Assembly: GCA_026770705.1 (NCBI GenBank)
Contig: JANJGN010000025.1
Coordinates: forward strand, 18,042,001-18,106,000
From: Isurus oxyrinchus
Lineage: Eukaryota
DNA: 64,000 nucleotides
Direction of reading: 5' to 3'
Shown here: positions 37,670 to 51,240 of the stretch, one piece after another
How the letters are laid out: every line of letters begins with the position of its first letter
How positions within the stretch are numbered: the first letter of the stretch is position 1
Position numbers and translations under genes: made by a program
Notes under the pieces: model-generated
Database searches by the model: none
Seen by the model: the letters and a program-made list of their open reading frames with translations, nothing else
Told to the model about the DNA's origin: nothing

Positions 37670-37885
37670 TTTTAAATTTGAGGCATTGGGATACAAAGAT
37701 AACGTAGGATGGTAAGAGCAGGGGCCCAAATAACAGGGAAGCAGGACTTGATGCAGGATAGGGTTTGGGCAACAGAAGTTTTGGAGAGCGAAGGATAGGA
37801 GATCCAGCTAGGAGACCATTTGGATAGGTGGCTCTGGAGGTGTCAAAGGCATAGATGAGGATCTCGGCAGCAGTTGGGGGGAGAG
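37670..37885 (-). mobile_element. Old L2 LINE ORF2 C-terminal remnant
   Basis: Reverse complement gctgccgagatcctcatctatgcctttgacacctccaga...ctcctagctgg resembles the L2 AETLIHAFVTSRLDY region. Confidence 0.6.
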
Positions 37886-38478
37886 ATATGTTCAGCCGAA
37901 TTTTTCATTCTGGGGTCAGCACTGGGAAAGCATCTGGGTCTCAACACCATACCACATAGGAAGTAGATCCCCGATGCAATTTTTAAAGAAAAGCCCATTG
38001 TTACCCAAGCAGCAGCTCACCACCCAATCAAAGACGGTGAACGGGGTCCAGCACTGGAGGGTCAATGGGAGGCCTCCCAGCAATAACAATTTGGAAGCCC
38101 CAACATTCGAGTTTTGAGCTGCTGATTCGAGCATTTGGAGAGAGAAGGCACCTCATGGAAGTACCGGCTGAACAGCAGTCACATAAAGTTAAAATATAAA
38201 AGGGCACAGCTGTAATCATGGAGGAGTAACCCTTCCACAGATGTCCAGTGACCATAGCTGTGGCCTGACAGCCATGACAGGTTGTGGTCCATAGGTGGAT
38301 GAAGGATGCTCCTGTCCTCCTGCCGGGAGCCCAACACCGTTAACAGGCCATGTTTCGGTTTCTGTGCACTGGCTACCTGCCAGCTGGAAAACTCCAGTTG
38401 GCATGAAAAAGGGGCCTTAAAAGCCTCTGAAATGAATTATTTGGCCAGCTGAACTGGCTATTTAAAATAAAATTTTAA

Positions 38479-39168
38479 GGCCAGGATTTTTCCCTCGTTG
38501 GGTGGGCTCGATGGGAGCGGGTGGGGGGAATTGGGAAGCCGACCGCCGCTCGTGATCTGCTCCGCACTTCAATTTCACTCTGGCGGCCAGTTAAGGTCCG
38601 CCCAGCGTGGATAGTGAGTGCCAGCGCTCTGTGCTTCCTGTGCAGGTGGGGGGAGGAGGGAGAGCCAGCCCGGCGCGCATTTGTGCTAAAGAACGCTTCA
38701 ATCTCCCTGAGGCATGGAGCTACCTCAGAGAGATTGAAGCACTTTTTAAAAAAAATTAATAAAAACATTTAAAATTTAATAAAACATGTCCCCTGATGTG
38801 ACTGTGTCACGTGGGATGGGACATGTTTTTAACTGCAAAATAGAGTTTTTATCTAATGTGTGTTTGTTTTGGGAAACCTTATCCCGCTTGTGGATGAAGT
38901 TTCCTAAAAACTGTAAAGGCCACTTGGCCTTTTCGCCTGCCCACCAACCGTTAGGTTGGACACGCAGTGTAAATTTCAAGGTTGTTAGTGGCCTTAATAG
39001 GCCTTATAATTATCGGTGGGTGTGCAGCCGACTCTGGAATGCGCCCACCAACCGAAACATCTCGAGACTGTGCAATGACATCGGGACGCATGCCCGACAT
39101 CATTGCACATCATTTCATGCTCAGGCCTTTCAGGCGTGTGCCCACATGCCCAGCGTAATATTCTGGCC
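38479..39168. mobile_element. Harbinger-type MITE (about 690 bp)
   Basis: TIRs ggccaggatttt and aatattctggcc; flanks taa/tca. Confidence 0.85.
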
Positions 39169-40339
39169 TCAGAGTCTTTTTTTTAATTTTAGCTTCTATC
39201 TGAACACAGATATTTCATATTTCACAATCTGAAAATTTAGATTATAAGTGAAGTAATTTAAGTGTTTTTAACTTGCTGGTATGCAGCGCTTGAATACTTC
39301 AATATCATTGGTTGTTCACCTCCTATCACCATTGCTGCATGCCGTGAGACCCCCCTTGACTTGTGCCAGATTCAAGCTGCCTTCGGGAACGTGGAAAGGC
39401 ACACCACAGGGATTGCTAGGTCTTTGTGGGAAGTTTCCTTCAGGGGTGCCCTTGTTTAGCCATTGATTGCAAAATCCAGGGCATTACTGGAATCTGCAAA
39501 AATTGCTTTATTGATTGCAACATGCCATTTGCACCCAGACCAAGTATTAGTATAACAAAATAAACTATCGTACTGCTTTGTCCCTGTTCCTACAATTGTT
39601 CCCATTAGTAGGTGTTTCTTATGAATGATATTTATAACTGAGCAGTGTGATGTCAGATTGTAAAGTCAGATGCCTGGAACTGCCACACATCTGCACAATC
39701 AGCTGTTGAGAGTTTTTAGAACAATTTAAACTTTACAAACTGCAATTTAGGAAGTGAAATGAGATCAGACAGAGGCAAAAACCTAATTCCTCTTTATAAA
39801 CACAACCGTATGAATTTTCATTGAACATCTTACTATTACTTTCTGGTCAATGCAGAGTGCTAGCGAGGATCTCAGTAATGGTGTTGCCAATTACATCTTC
39901 AATCAGATGAAGAGGGGTCACTTCTGGTTTGCTTTAAAATAAAACTGCAGGCATTTTAAGGTGTAAAAACTATTTCTTTTACACTTGGTTTGATACTAAA
40001 ATTTCAATGAAGGCATTTATCTGAAAAATATATTTAGTTTATATTGCAGCAGATAAAAATAGTTAATATTAGCACTTTAAACCACAGGAGCAGATATTTA
40101 TTTTGTCTTTGACTTATAGTCAAATCATGCATGTTTTTAATATTCATGTTTGCAATTTCATTGCAAATAGCAAACTTCCCCTACCAAGCAGTTTAAGGCC
40201 TAGATAAGGGCCTAAACCTTACAGCAACATTAAATAAAGTTTCTCTATGAATAATATTTATTTGTTTGCTCCAATATTCTGCTATGACATGATAGAATTT
40301 AACTCACACCTCAAAATAATTGGCAAATGAAGTTCATCA

Positions 40340-40850
40340 CATATACATGTAATGTAGTACATTTATGTAGGAAGAATGAGGTCACCTATTGATTGGAAGA
40401 TGCAAGCCTAGGTTGGGTAGAGGAACAAAGGAACCTTAGACTAAAAATACATTGATCACTAAAGTTGTGCCAGAGGTTAGCAAGATCATAAAAAAAAACA
40501 AATCAAGCACTGGGGTTTTATTTCTAACGATATAGAATTGAAATTAGGGCAGTTATGCTAAACCTGGATCCAAACTCTGTTAGACCCCATTTAGAGTTCT
40601 GTGTGCAGTCCTGGTTGTCAAATTATAAAAAGGATATAGAAGCATTGGTGAGGGTGCAGTGAAGATTTACAAAGATGATACCAGAAGTGTGTGACTACAC
40701 ATATCTGGAAAGAATTGACAGACTGTTTTTCTTCTCTCCTGAATAAAAAAGGCTGAGGTCACCTAATAGAGGTTGTTAGAAGATAATAGAGGTCATTGGA
40801 AGAAACCTTCTCTTGTGGGGAACGGCATAACTAGAGGTCATCATTATAAG
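40340..40850 (+). mobile_element. Degraded CR1 fragment
   Basis: gttagaccccatttagagttctgtgtgcagtcctgg (VRPHLEFCVQ) and actagaggtcat. Confidence 0.75.
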
Positions 40851-41732
40851 ACTCATTCATTTATATGTGCTCTATCCAAAGGCAGGTCCTTGGCTCATCA
40901 TCTACTGATGCTTCATCCTGACCTACTTTCTTGGCAGTTTTTGTCAGTGGTGGTTTGCCATTGCCATCTACTCTCAGGGGCAGGGCAAGGAGGCAGATCC
41001 AAAGTCTACCTCAGCTGGAATGGGAATCATACCTGCACTGTTGATGTTATGCTGAACTATATGCTAGCCACCTAACCAACAGAACTAACACTCACATCAC
41101 CCCCTACTAAGCTCCCAAGATACCCTTATCATTTAATGTGACAGTGTTGACCCCTCCGGTGCAGACTACATGTTTTCTCTTTTATAAATGTCCTAAAAAT
41201 TTCATTAACACACAATTTGGCTTGTTCAAATACCAGTCAAGGATTCCTTAACCAATGCTCCAGGTTTTTCAGTTTACAGCCCAGTAGCACAAGCTGTCAA
41301 CAAGTGATAGAAGCAATAGTAATCCACAGCTCTGACTGACAGATTCTGAAATGAAAGTATTGGTTGGCCAAGTAAATGAAGATGCAGAAAATTTGGATTT
41401 ATTTTAAAGTGCTAGCCAGGACCAGCAGCTAGGGCACCAAAGCATACACAGACAATCACAGCCTTACATGAAAGCTAAAAACCTGTACAAAGGCCTCAGC
41501 TGTAAATATGCAAATAGGAAATGGGAGACACACACGGGAGTGGGGACACGGGATGACTCGATCAAGAAATGGGGAAGGCCATTTCACATCGTCCGATAGC
41601 CTTGAACCACATCCAGTCAACCGCCATAAACCTTTTGTATAGAACAAACATATATTCTTTGCTGTCTCTGAAAGGACAATGCCCAGTCCCTGCACTGTAA
41701 TTACTGTACAAGAACACAGTTATCAGGCCAAC

Positions 41733-41827
41733 TGTGGGTGGGGTGGGGTGGGGGGGTGGGGAGGGTGGTGGTGGGGTGGTGGGAGGGAGGGAGGTGGGGT
41801 GGGGAGGGGGGAGGAGTGGGGGGTGGT
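41733..41827 (+). repeat. G-rich low-complexity tract (G-quadruplex capable)
   Basis: More than 10 runs of three or more G. Confidence 0.7.
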
Positions 41828-43214
41828 CATTGTGCTGTGGCCTTTGTCTGACTAATACCATTAAGTTATAACTGATAGTAAAAAATATATAAACTGTGCT
41901 CATTTGAACCTCAGTGGAGAAGCTTTTGCTCTTCGCATGTGCAATAAAGGAAGTACTTGAATATTGCAACTGGACTCCGAGTGTTGAAGTTTTGTACCAG
42001 AGTATTCCTCGGACCGTTCATAAGGAAATACAATAAACAAAAACACAATTTCCTAGGCCCAGGGAAACATAGTGGTAACAGTGACAAAAACTAAAATTGC
42101 CACTATATTGGTGGGGTGGGAGAATGTAACTTTAGTGTTTACTTCTTGAGAATGGTTACAAAAGAGATTTAGAAATAGTCAACTTTATTTGGCTGTCATA
42201 AACCAGGTGAACAACAGAGAAATCAAATAACATTAGGCAGTGTGGAAAAGATGTGGGGGCTTTTTTGTATGTTTGCTTAAAGCTTTTGCAAGCAGGAACT
42301 GCAAGTAAGAAGCAGCAGATGACAGCTAACTATTTGGCTCAATGGCATTATTTATGAATGTCAATGCCATTGTGTTTGTTTTGTTCTTGCCAATTGAGGT
42401 AATTTGAATGTTATCGCAACTGGAGCTAACACAACTGTTCCACACATGGAGGACATGTCCGAAACAACAAACTACACAAGGATTCTCTGTGTAACAGAGG
42501 GATCTGCCTCTTTCTAATGACACAAAGAAATGAGACTATCCAAAGTGGAAAGGAAAGCAAATACCATGGCATCCATCTGAATAAAAAGTGTAAGAAAGAT
42601 TGAAGTGTTTAAAACAGGGATATTACTTCTTAAATAAAAGGAAATCAATAGAGAGAGCAGTAACATGTGAGGTTTCAGCAAACTTGACTTCTAAGAATAT
42701 CTTGTAGATAAACGATTCATATCATTGAGCAAAATGAAGTCACTTTTTATTATGACACAACCACATACAAGCCATTGATCGGAAAGTTTCTCTACTACAG
42801 GCACCGTCAGCCAGATAACCTTGCAGATACAAACAATTTCTGTACATCAAGGGACATGTTTCAAAATTAAGTTGCTGAATAAAAGCAGTGTGTGATTACA
42901 CCACGTTGGTGTTCCAGCGTACTCACAGGATTGGTACAACATAAGATTGTTCCACGATTCCATAGCGAGTTGCCAATTTGTGCCACTGGGGAAAGCAACA
43001 AGGTCAGGCTAGCTAATTCTTTACAGGGAATGAAGAAAACATGGCAAGTGAACCATCCCAGGTTGTTTCTGCACATTCTCTGGTGTCTGACCCCAGCTAT
43101 CAGAGACCCAAGAATGGATCAATCAACTGGCTTCTCAGCCAGGAATCGTTAAGTGGCCCAGAGCACCATAAAAGATGAAAATACACTGTTAGAAAGGAGA
43201 GAGGGAGAATAATT

Positions 43215-43362
43215 GGATCTGCACTTTAAGTGCTGTAAGCTGCAGGGCTATGGGCCGGGTGCAGGAAGGTGGGATTAGAAAGGGCACCTGGGTGCCCCCT
43301 CGGGCTGGCATGTACAAGATGGGCCGAATGGCCTCCTTCTGTGGTTCTATGGTTCTAATGTT
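43215..43362 (+). mobile_element. CR1 3' UTR and tail (same subfamily as 31100-31260)
   Basis: Near-identical to the reverse complement of 31135-31255; ends ggttctatggttcta. Confidence 0.85.
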
Positions 43363-46300
43363 CTAACTCCATCGATGAAAATAACAATTTGGTTTGAATG
43401 TATAAATTCCATTGATATTTTCCTATTTAATTTAAATAGCTTCAGTTCCCTGTACATTTGGTAACATGAAGCTTTGTATTAGCTCAGTGTTCCACAGTGC
43501 AGAATTTAAAAGCATTTATATATGTTAAAGTTCTTTTTTTCTGAAGCAGATTTCTGAATTTGTTAGCTGATGTAGCACTGGCAGTCAACAGTCTAAGGAG
43601 AAATGATTTGAATGTGGTGTGCCCCATTGGGCAGACAGTCAAATGTTCAAAAAAATGAAATGTCAATAATTTTAACACTGTTGAGATAAAAAATCCTTCC
43701 AAAGTGGACAATAAATATTATTAATCATGTCGGCTGATTGTTTCACTTTCCTATGTGTGGTTTAATTCCACAGTTTAGACAGTTCAAGCTGCAATACATT
43801 TGTCCTGTTAGCATAACATGAAGGGATGTCAGTAAATCAGGTTGTTCAGGATATTGTAGCTTAAACTCTTATTGTAGAAGTGATTGCTACCAATAAAATC
43901 TTACTTTCATAGGCATGAGTGAATGACTCATAGTCAGAGCACTTTGCTTTTTGATACTGCTCTTGAATCTCTTTGCACACAATCTTAAGAGTTGTTGATA
44001 ATTTTTCAGAGATTAGTACAGTCAGCAGTCTCTTTTCATGTTAAAAAAATGTTATTCTGGCATTGAAACTGGATACTAAAGAACCACTTTCATCTCTGCT
44101 TTTTAAATGAATGGATTTCAGGATAAAATGGAATAATTTTTATAACCTGTATCAGCTTCAAACCTTCAAAGGCCTAGATATGGTGGAGGCAGCTCTCTAC
44201 TCTCACAGTACATCTTATCTCAGTTTGACATTTTCATTTCCAATACCAGCCATTCTTACTGAGATAAGCAATTTAATGTCAACTTGTGCTGAGTTATGGG
44301 GAGCTACGTGATAGACCCATCCCAACCAGGAAATAGATTGAAACTGACCGAACTCATTTCTTTGGAACTCTTACAACCAGCAAGAAGGGAGGATTTTCAA
44401 GTCAGATTCAATCCACATTCCAGAGCTAAAAAGAAAACAGTGCATTAACTGCCAACTTGTTAAAATCACTGTCAACTATAATTCAGGGCGATTTTAATAG
44501 AGAAATGGGCAAAATCACTGAACCTAATTCCCAAAGCCACGGTTAAAATCCCAAAATCCTAAGCGACAACAGATATAGACAATTGTTATTAAACAGTAGC
44601 CTTAAATATAATGTTTTGTGTACTTGTGCTAACTAGAACTGGGCACCAGTGTACTGGGTTGTAAATTCCATAAAATTTGACCACAGACACAAAAAAATCA
44701 ATTGACACAGGATCCAAATTAAATACTCAGATTACCACTAGACCATAATATATATATTACATTTCTAAAATTTGTTTCCCCTCCCCAGTAAAATTGGACG
44801 TACTAATTATGGTTTAGAAGAGTACAGAAGATTTACACCAGGGCAAAAAATACAGAAGGCAAATAGACTTGCTGCTTCTGCATGTATTGTGACTGCTATA
44901 TATTAAACAAATAATGAGAATCGGATGTAGAATTCAAAATGCAATAACATAAGATTACCCACATTGATGTATTGCAAAAGGACCTGTCAATTTTACTTCA
45001 TTACATTGTGCAACATCCAAGCCATCACTTCCCCCTTATTGCAGGTTATAAACTTGATTAATGAAATTGTTTGTAGATTATCCAAAATGGATTATTTTAT
45101 TTTCCCTGGACTAATATATACAATTTTGCGAAGATGAGAAAACTGAAGAATGATGATCGATAATATACATGATACAACATTCCATTAATAAATCTGTGAT
45201 TTACCAGCACAATAGGAACCAACAGTGGAAAAAGGTTAATATGGAAGTTGTACCTTAATTGACATTGAAATGAACATCAATAAATATTTAAACAGAGGTG
45301 ATTAATGTTTTGGCCACTATAATCCGGTGATTAACAAACCTTCTAATTTGCATGAAAAGCCATCAATTACCTTCACGTATGCAACAACCGGGCCTTCAGT
45401 TTACGTGTGCATAAAATTTGTTTGTGTCAATAATCTCATGGATACAAAAACAGCAGTTATTTTCCCCTTACTAAAAGATTTCCTGCCAATCAAAGGTACT
45501 TCTTATAAACCATTGACAACCAACAGATTCTTACTTTTTGCTGCTCTCTTATTTTTTTTGTACACCTGCTCCCCCTTCAAATCACCAGATACGAATGAAG
45601 ACACATGTGGAGAAAGTGGTGGGGGTTGGTGGGGGTGGGGGTTGGTGGGGGGGGGGGTGGGTCAAGTTGGGCCATTACTGATCCACCGCTGTTGAAGTAA
45701 GAGGAAGAAGAATGACAGCAATTTCTTCTGAAATGCTTGGATGCTCCACCAGGGCTCACTTGACTGCAGACGTCAAGGCGGTGATATAACAAGTTTAGCG
45801 AATGACAGAAATGGCTGGATGATAACAACTTCACTAGTATTAACAAAGCAATACTGCCACAAGCCTTCATGCTGCAACACCCCAGCTCCCAGAATTAAAT
45901 CATTAATACGATGTGGTCAGAATTTTGGGCTGCGCCTTTCCTTCTCTAATTCTAAAATGCCAATAATCTTGACATTTGGCAACCTAGTCAAGAGCTTTCC
46001 ATCCAACCAGACGGTCATATATTTGCTGGCCTGTTTCTCACTGTTGGGAATCAGTTCTTGGCCAAGTAGCTGAATGCAGTGACTCCTCCAACTGCATCAG
46101 CATCTTAGCTGCAGAAGGTTCCACAGCAGCAAACTGGCTTTGGTGTCACGGTAACTGGGATGCAAGCAGGAGGGAACCTACATAAAGGAAAACAAGAGTT
46201 GTTGGGGGTGAAGGGGGGCAGGGTGTGGGAAGAGAATCAATCAATAAATCGCAGTGACAGCTCTTCTATTTCACAGAAGAACAATTTTGGAATTTCTTCT

Positions 46301-46971
46301 AAAGCAGGGGTATTTACTGACCCTTGTTTCAGGACAATTATCTGAGACAGTGAACACATCACAACATGGTTTTTTTATGGGATTTTTATTTATCATTGCC
46401 TATTTTACCCACTTTGTCCACTTGTTTTTGATTTCTACGCAGCAGATTATATAATAAATTAATGATCATGATAACTTGAGACTAAATAAGATCAGACTGA
46501 GACCCGGTGGTAACACAAAACATTTGCTGAACTCATTTATAATTAAATCATGTGAACCGTATGTTATCTCTTCAAACAACACAAGATTCTCTGTAAAAGG
46601 AACCATTAAAGGAAAAACCTGGAGGGAGGTATTAGCTGTTTCTCAACACCAGTCTGCAATTTGGAATCCCAGATATTGGCTTAAATTAGCCTTTCTAAAG
46701 CTAGCAATGCATGGTTTTCCACCCATGTACAACACATTTCTTTTTCAAACCTACTCTCCACTCTTCCCTATCTCTGTCTAGTTTTAAAATTCATTTACCC
46801 AACTTAATGGATTGTCACCTATGCAGGCTACAGCATGTGCAGCCACAGCAACATAGTAACAGAGGCTTGCTTACATTGTCCACTGTGTTTGAAGGTAAAC
46901 CTGCTCTGCTCCATAATATTTAAGGGGCGGGGGGGGGGGTGACGGTGGGGTGGTGGTGGGCTGGTGGGTGG

Positions 46972-47345
46972 GTGGCAGCATAGTGTTAAGGTCACAGAAC
47001 TAATAACCCAGCGACCCAGAGGATGTGAGTTCAAATCCTCCCATGGCAGCTGGCGGAATTTAAATTCAATTAATAAATGTGGAATATAAAGCTAGTCGTA
47101 GTAATGGTGACTATGAAATTGCTCTAAAAAACCCCATCTGGTTCACTGATGTCTTTTGGGGAAGGAAATCTGCCATCCTTACCTGGTCTGGCCTACATGT
47201 GACTCCAGACCCACAGCAATGTGGTTGACTCTTAACTGCCCTCTGAAAAGGCCTAGCAAGCTACTCAGTTCAAGGCCAATTAGAGATAGGCAGCAAATGC
47301 TGGCCTTGTCAGTGACAACCACATCTCATGAAAGAATAATGAATT
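46972..47345 (+). mobile_element. Full-length tRNA-derived SINE with LINE-derived 3' tail
   Basis: A-box-like tggcagcatagtg, B-box gagttcaaatcc; the tail matches the 3' end of the LINE at 56015-56080. Confidence 0.82.
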
Positions 47346-48018
47346 ATTTCTTGAGCATTATATTTGCTCCCAGAACGCCAGGTTAGAACAAGGATTCTTC
47401 GGCTCCCCAAATATAAGCGTTCCTTCACCATGCTGGGTACCTCACCCTGAGGTTTCTCATCAACATCACTATGGACATCTCTGTGCATGTATCAGTGCTT
47501 GTTTTAAGTGGGGCTGATGACAGTTGGTGTTTTGATCTGTAGTGTTTTGTATAGAATACATGATTAATATTGAACTCTCTTCCCCATGGTGGCAAAATCA
47601 TTTAAAACCTTCTATCTCGAACAAATCCATTTAGTTTCTTCAGTCTATGAGCTGTTGCATACTTTCCTCTTTTGTCGTGTGCCAGTTTTGATTTTGGATT
47701 TCACCATGGGAATTCCTTCTTGTCTCCATTTGTAGGATACAGAAATCAATATGTATAAACCTACTTTTTTGATATCTCTAATAGTTTAGTTTAGGTGTAT
47801 CATTCTTGCTTACATCTCTGTCAGTGCAGGATTCCTCTACATGCCCAGCAACTACCATTACTTTCGCCAAGTGTGAGAATGGATTTTTTTTTTATATTTC
47901 GGGGAATACTGTGCTATTCTGGAAAGAAGGCTGGGTTGGTGTCTGTGTCTGTATATGACTTAATTAAGCTGGGCAAGAGCTCGATAGGGACCGGCTTGTC
48001 TGGGGGTTTGGAAACATG

Positions 48019-48660
48019 GGGCAGGATTTTAAATCCCACGGGCAGGCTCGATCTTGACCGGATCAGGGGTAACATAGAGCGCGATGATGTAAAATAGTGC
48101 GCGATGATGTTGCGCTTGCCTGCTATGTTGGCCGGCAGGCATGCGTGAGAGTTGGCAGCACGCCCGCCAACAATTAAGAGGCCTATTAAGGCCATTAATC
48201 AATTAATTTAAACTTATTTTTCACTGCCTGTACAGTTGATGGGTGGATGCATCGGCCAGGCAGCCTTTGGATCATCCACGTGCAGGATTAGGTTTCCAAT
48301 GTTAATTAAAAAATATATATAAACTTTTTAACATAACTTTTAGAATGTTTATGTTTATGGCAGTGAGCCCTATGTTTTGCACATTTTCAGAATCTTTAGT
48401 TTTGATTTTAATATTGTTCAGCTCCCTGCCTTCAGGGCGCTTTCAGTGCACCCTCCCCCGCACAGACATTTGCACTCGCCCTCCTCCCACCCCCAACCCG
48501 GCAGCGCTGAGCTTCTCGGCGTGTCTTTCATGCTGGCTGCCTGCTGATTGGCCGGCCGGTGTGAAATCGCAATCAGGGGGCCAATCACAGGCAGCGGGCC
48601 ATTTCCCAGCTGCTCCCAGGCCCTTCTGCCACACCACCCGACAACCCAAAAATCCTACCC
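48019..48660. mobile_element. Harbinger-type MITE
   Basis: TIRs gggcaggatttt and aaaaatcctaccc; TSD atg at 48016-48018 and 48661-48663. Confidence 0.87.
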
Positions 48661-48701
48661 ATGAGAAGGTTCGAGGTGTTAAGTTTGGGAACAAGTAAAT
48701 A

Positions 48702-49526
48702 TGTTAGATCTAGAATTTGCATTTTTAGATAAGTTGAGAGTTGTTTGAAATTCATAGGCGAGTCAGAAGTGTCAAGAAAAATGTTTGCATCTTGCAGGAG
48801 TCCATAGGTAAACAAGCAGTGGGGATATGATATTTTATTGACCTAAAAGCAAAGACAAGATGGAAACATGAAAGATCTTACATTTGGAAGGGTTTGGGTT
48901 TCAAAGGGCTGTGAGAACAATGCAATTAAGATGAAAGGGAAAACAAAAGTATATTAGAGTTACTGTTGTGTTACTGTAGAGTTAGCTAGAGATGTGTGTT
49001 TAGCCTGTTGAGCTGGATGGCTGTTAAGCTGGAGATGGTTGGAGACAGCTGGAGTTAAGTTGTTGAGAGGTCTTGGGCTGAAGCAAGCAGTTTTATTCTG
49101 AAGTGAATTCCACCACAAAGTGGAAGAGGGTAAAGGCCATATAATACACCTTTATTGAAGCTACAGCAGTTTGTCTTGTGTAATATTACTGGATTTCATA
49201 TTTAAATATCTATAAGGGAATGTTGCCTTGAAAGTGTTTACTTATGGGTTTGACCAAGAAGGGAGCTTTGGGGGAACGTTTTGTAAGACTAATCATAATT
49301 GTGTAACTGTAATCTTGTGTGCTTAAGTTTTCTTTTATTCCTTGTTAATGAAACTTTTTCCTTTAATTTTTAAATATCCAAAAGTATTTCTGGACCTCTT
49401 ACTGCTCAGATCAGTATGTCTTCTTCTCATTATCAGAATGCAAAAAAGAAAGGCTTTGGTGCATAAGCCAAGTTTCCCTCTGGGATTTGGTTTGTGCAGC
49501 AGTTAACACCGGCTGTGGTCATAACA
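48702..49526 (+). mobile_element. Possible solo LTR remnant
   Basis: tgttag...gtcataaca ends; no TSD found and the left boundary is uncertain. Confidence 0.35.
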
Positions 49527-51097
49527 CAAGGTAATAGTTCTTTTCTTTTAAGGGTTCAGCCACATCCAGTCTTCTTTGCAAATTTATCGCAAATTCACAC
49601 CAGAGTCAGTTCACTAGCCTGTTGTTGTTGAAGTGGCTTCCTTTATATACATTTACAGTTCAACCATTTTACCCCAAAATGGCAGAGGCCAAAGCTGAAA
49701 TTAAGACACTGCCATTCATATCAATCATATAGATTTTGTTGGCCGCTTGCACTGTGGCAATGGAGTGTCAATACAGGCAATTGACTATTAGCTTTCCATT
49801 ACCATGGACTGAATTATATTTCAAATTTGCACTTTGTCCCAATTTTGTGGCAGATTGCTAATTCAGGGGAACACTGCACACCTCTTTATTCATAACAGGT
49901 CAATTTTTATCATCTATGACAATCATTTTGTGTTTAGTGACACACAATGTCTTATCTTCTCTCTCCAGAGGTAACACTTTGGCAGTTATACCCATGGCAG
50001 GTGAAACATGACAGACAGGAGAACGCCTGGGGCTTCACTAATGCTTCAGAAGCTAGAGCTGCTGAAAACACCAATTCCAATATAGTTTAGTGAATTCAAT
50101 TTTAATGGTTTCTGTGGAAAGGATATTAATATGCTATAAAAACATGAAAATAATTCTATAAATTCAAAAGCTTTAAAGTTGCACAAAAATACATTTGTTT
50201 CTGCAGAAGGCAATTTGCAGAAAAATCCCTCATGTGCTTAAGTTATACCAAATCTCATTATTTCAGAGCAACATCTTGACAATGTACTTATTTTCTTAAT
50301 AATTATTTTCTCCTAGAAATCAAATTAAATTTGGGTATATACAAATGCTTGTAATTTCAAGTCTGGACAGCTGAAGTAACTAAAGTCATCCAATCTTTGC
50401 AATATAATGGCCTGGATGTCGTGGTAAGAATAATGTTGAGGCTACCATTGCTCACCATTAGTATTGGGTAAATCAGCAAGCAACAACTGACATCTGCATG
50501 TGCACAGTTCAGTGTGGAAATCGGGAATTTTCTGTCCAATTTTCTTAGCATCTCCATAAGCTCTCAATACCGAACGATTCAGCATTAAAATACGTGAAAA
50601 GTGTGAAGTTGCAGTACTTACCAACTAAACAAGCCAGGAAGGGTTAGGGCTGGTGCTTTCAAGTGTAAGTGAATTTTTATCTTCAAGATGGGGCACATTG
50701 CTACCAAATGTCCCCTCTGACCCTGGAAATTAACTTTTACAAGTCTGGAGTCTCATTCTTTCAGATTTTAATTATTATTACTAACTTTATTTTTTAAAAT
50801 TCCTGGCTTAGATTCTGTGTGGTTCCATGAGGATTCTTCAATCTTATTGGCTGATGAAACATGCTGTTGCTTGCTCCGCACACACACATACACCGCAGCT
50901 CCCCAGGAGAGGGCACTGCACTGAAATAGATTTTTAATTACTGTGAATTACTGCAAAAATGCCCACAGGATGTTTGTGGGCAGCTGTAAGCTTAATGAAC
51001 AATGAGCACTGTTCCTTTGCCACTGACCACAACATCTGGGCCACTATGTCATAAAAAGGGAATTTATATGCTAGCTCAAAGGTTGCAGCCACCACTG

Positions 51098-51240
51098 CTG
51101 ATGAAAGATCATCAACCTGAAGTATTAACTCTGTTTCACGCTCCATAAATGCTGCCAGACCAGCTGAGTCTTTGTATCATTTTCTGTTTTTGAATTCAGA
51201 TTTTCAGCATCCATAATATTTTGCTTCTGTATTATTATTG
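51098..51240 (+). mobile_element. Degraded Penelope-like tail starting at CTGATGA
   Basis: ctgatgaaagatcatcaacctgaagtattaactctg...atgctgccagacc...cagattttcagcatc. Confidence 0.68.

Noticed and set aside
46042-46178. Minus-strand segment with a strong acceptor and gtgaga donor
   Set aside because: Stops in all three frames; cannot be supported as coding.
46972-47045. tRNA gene
   Set aside because: The A/B boxes belong to a SINE head; no complete cloverleaf.
50361-50428. WTAEVTKVIQ peptide reminiscent of dynein heavy chain before a gtaaga donor
   Set aside because: Weak acceptor, very short similarity and no other dynein exons found.
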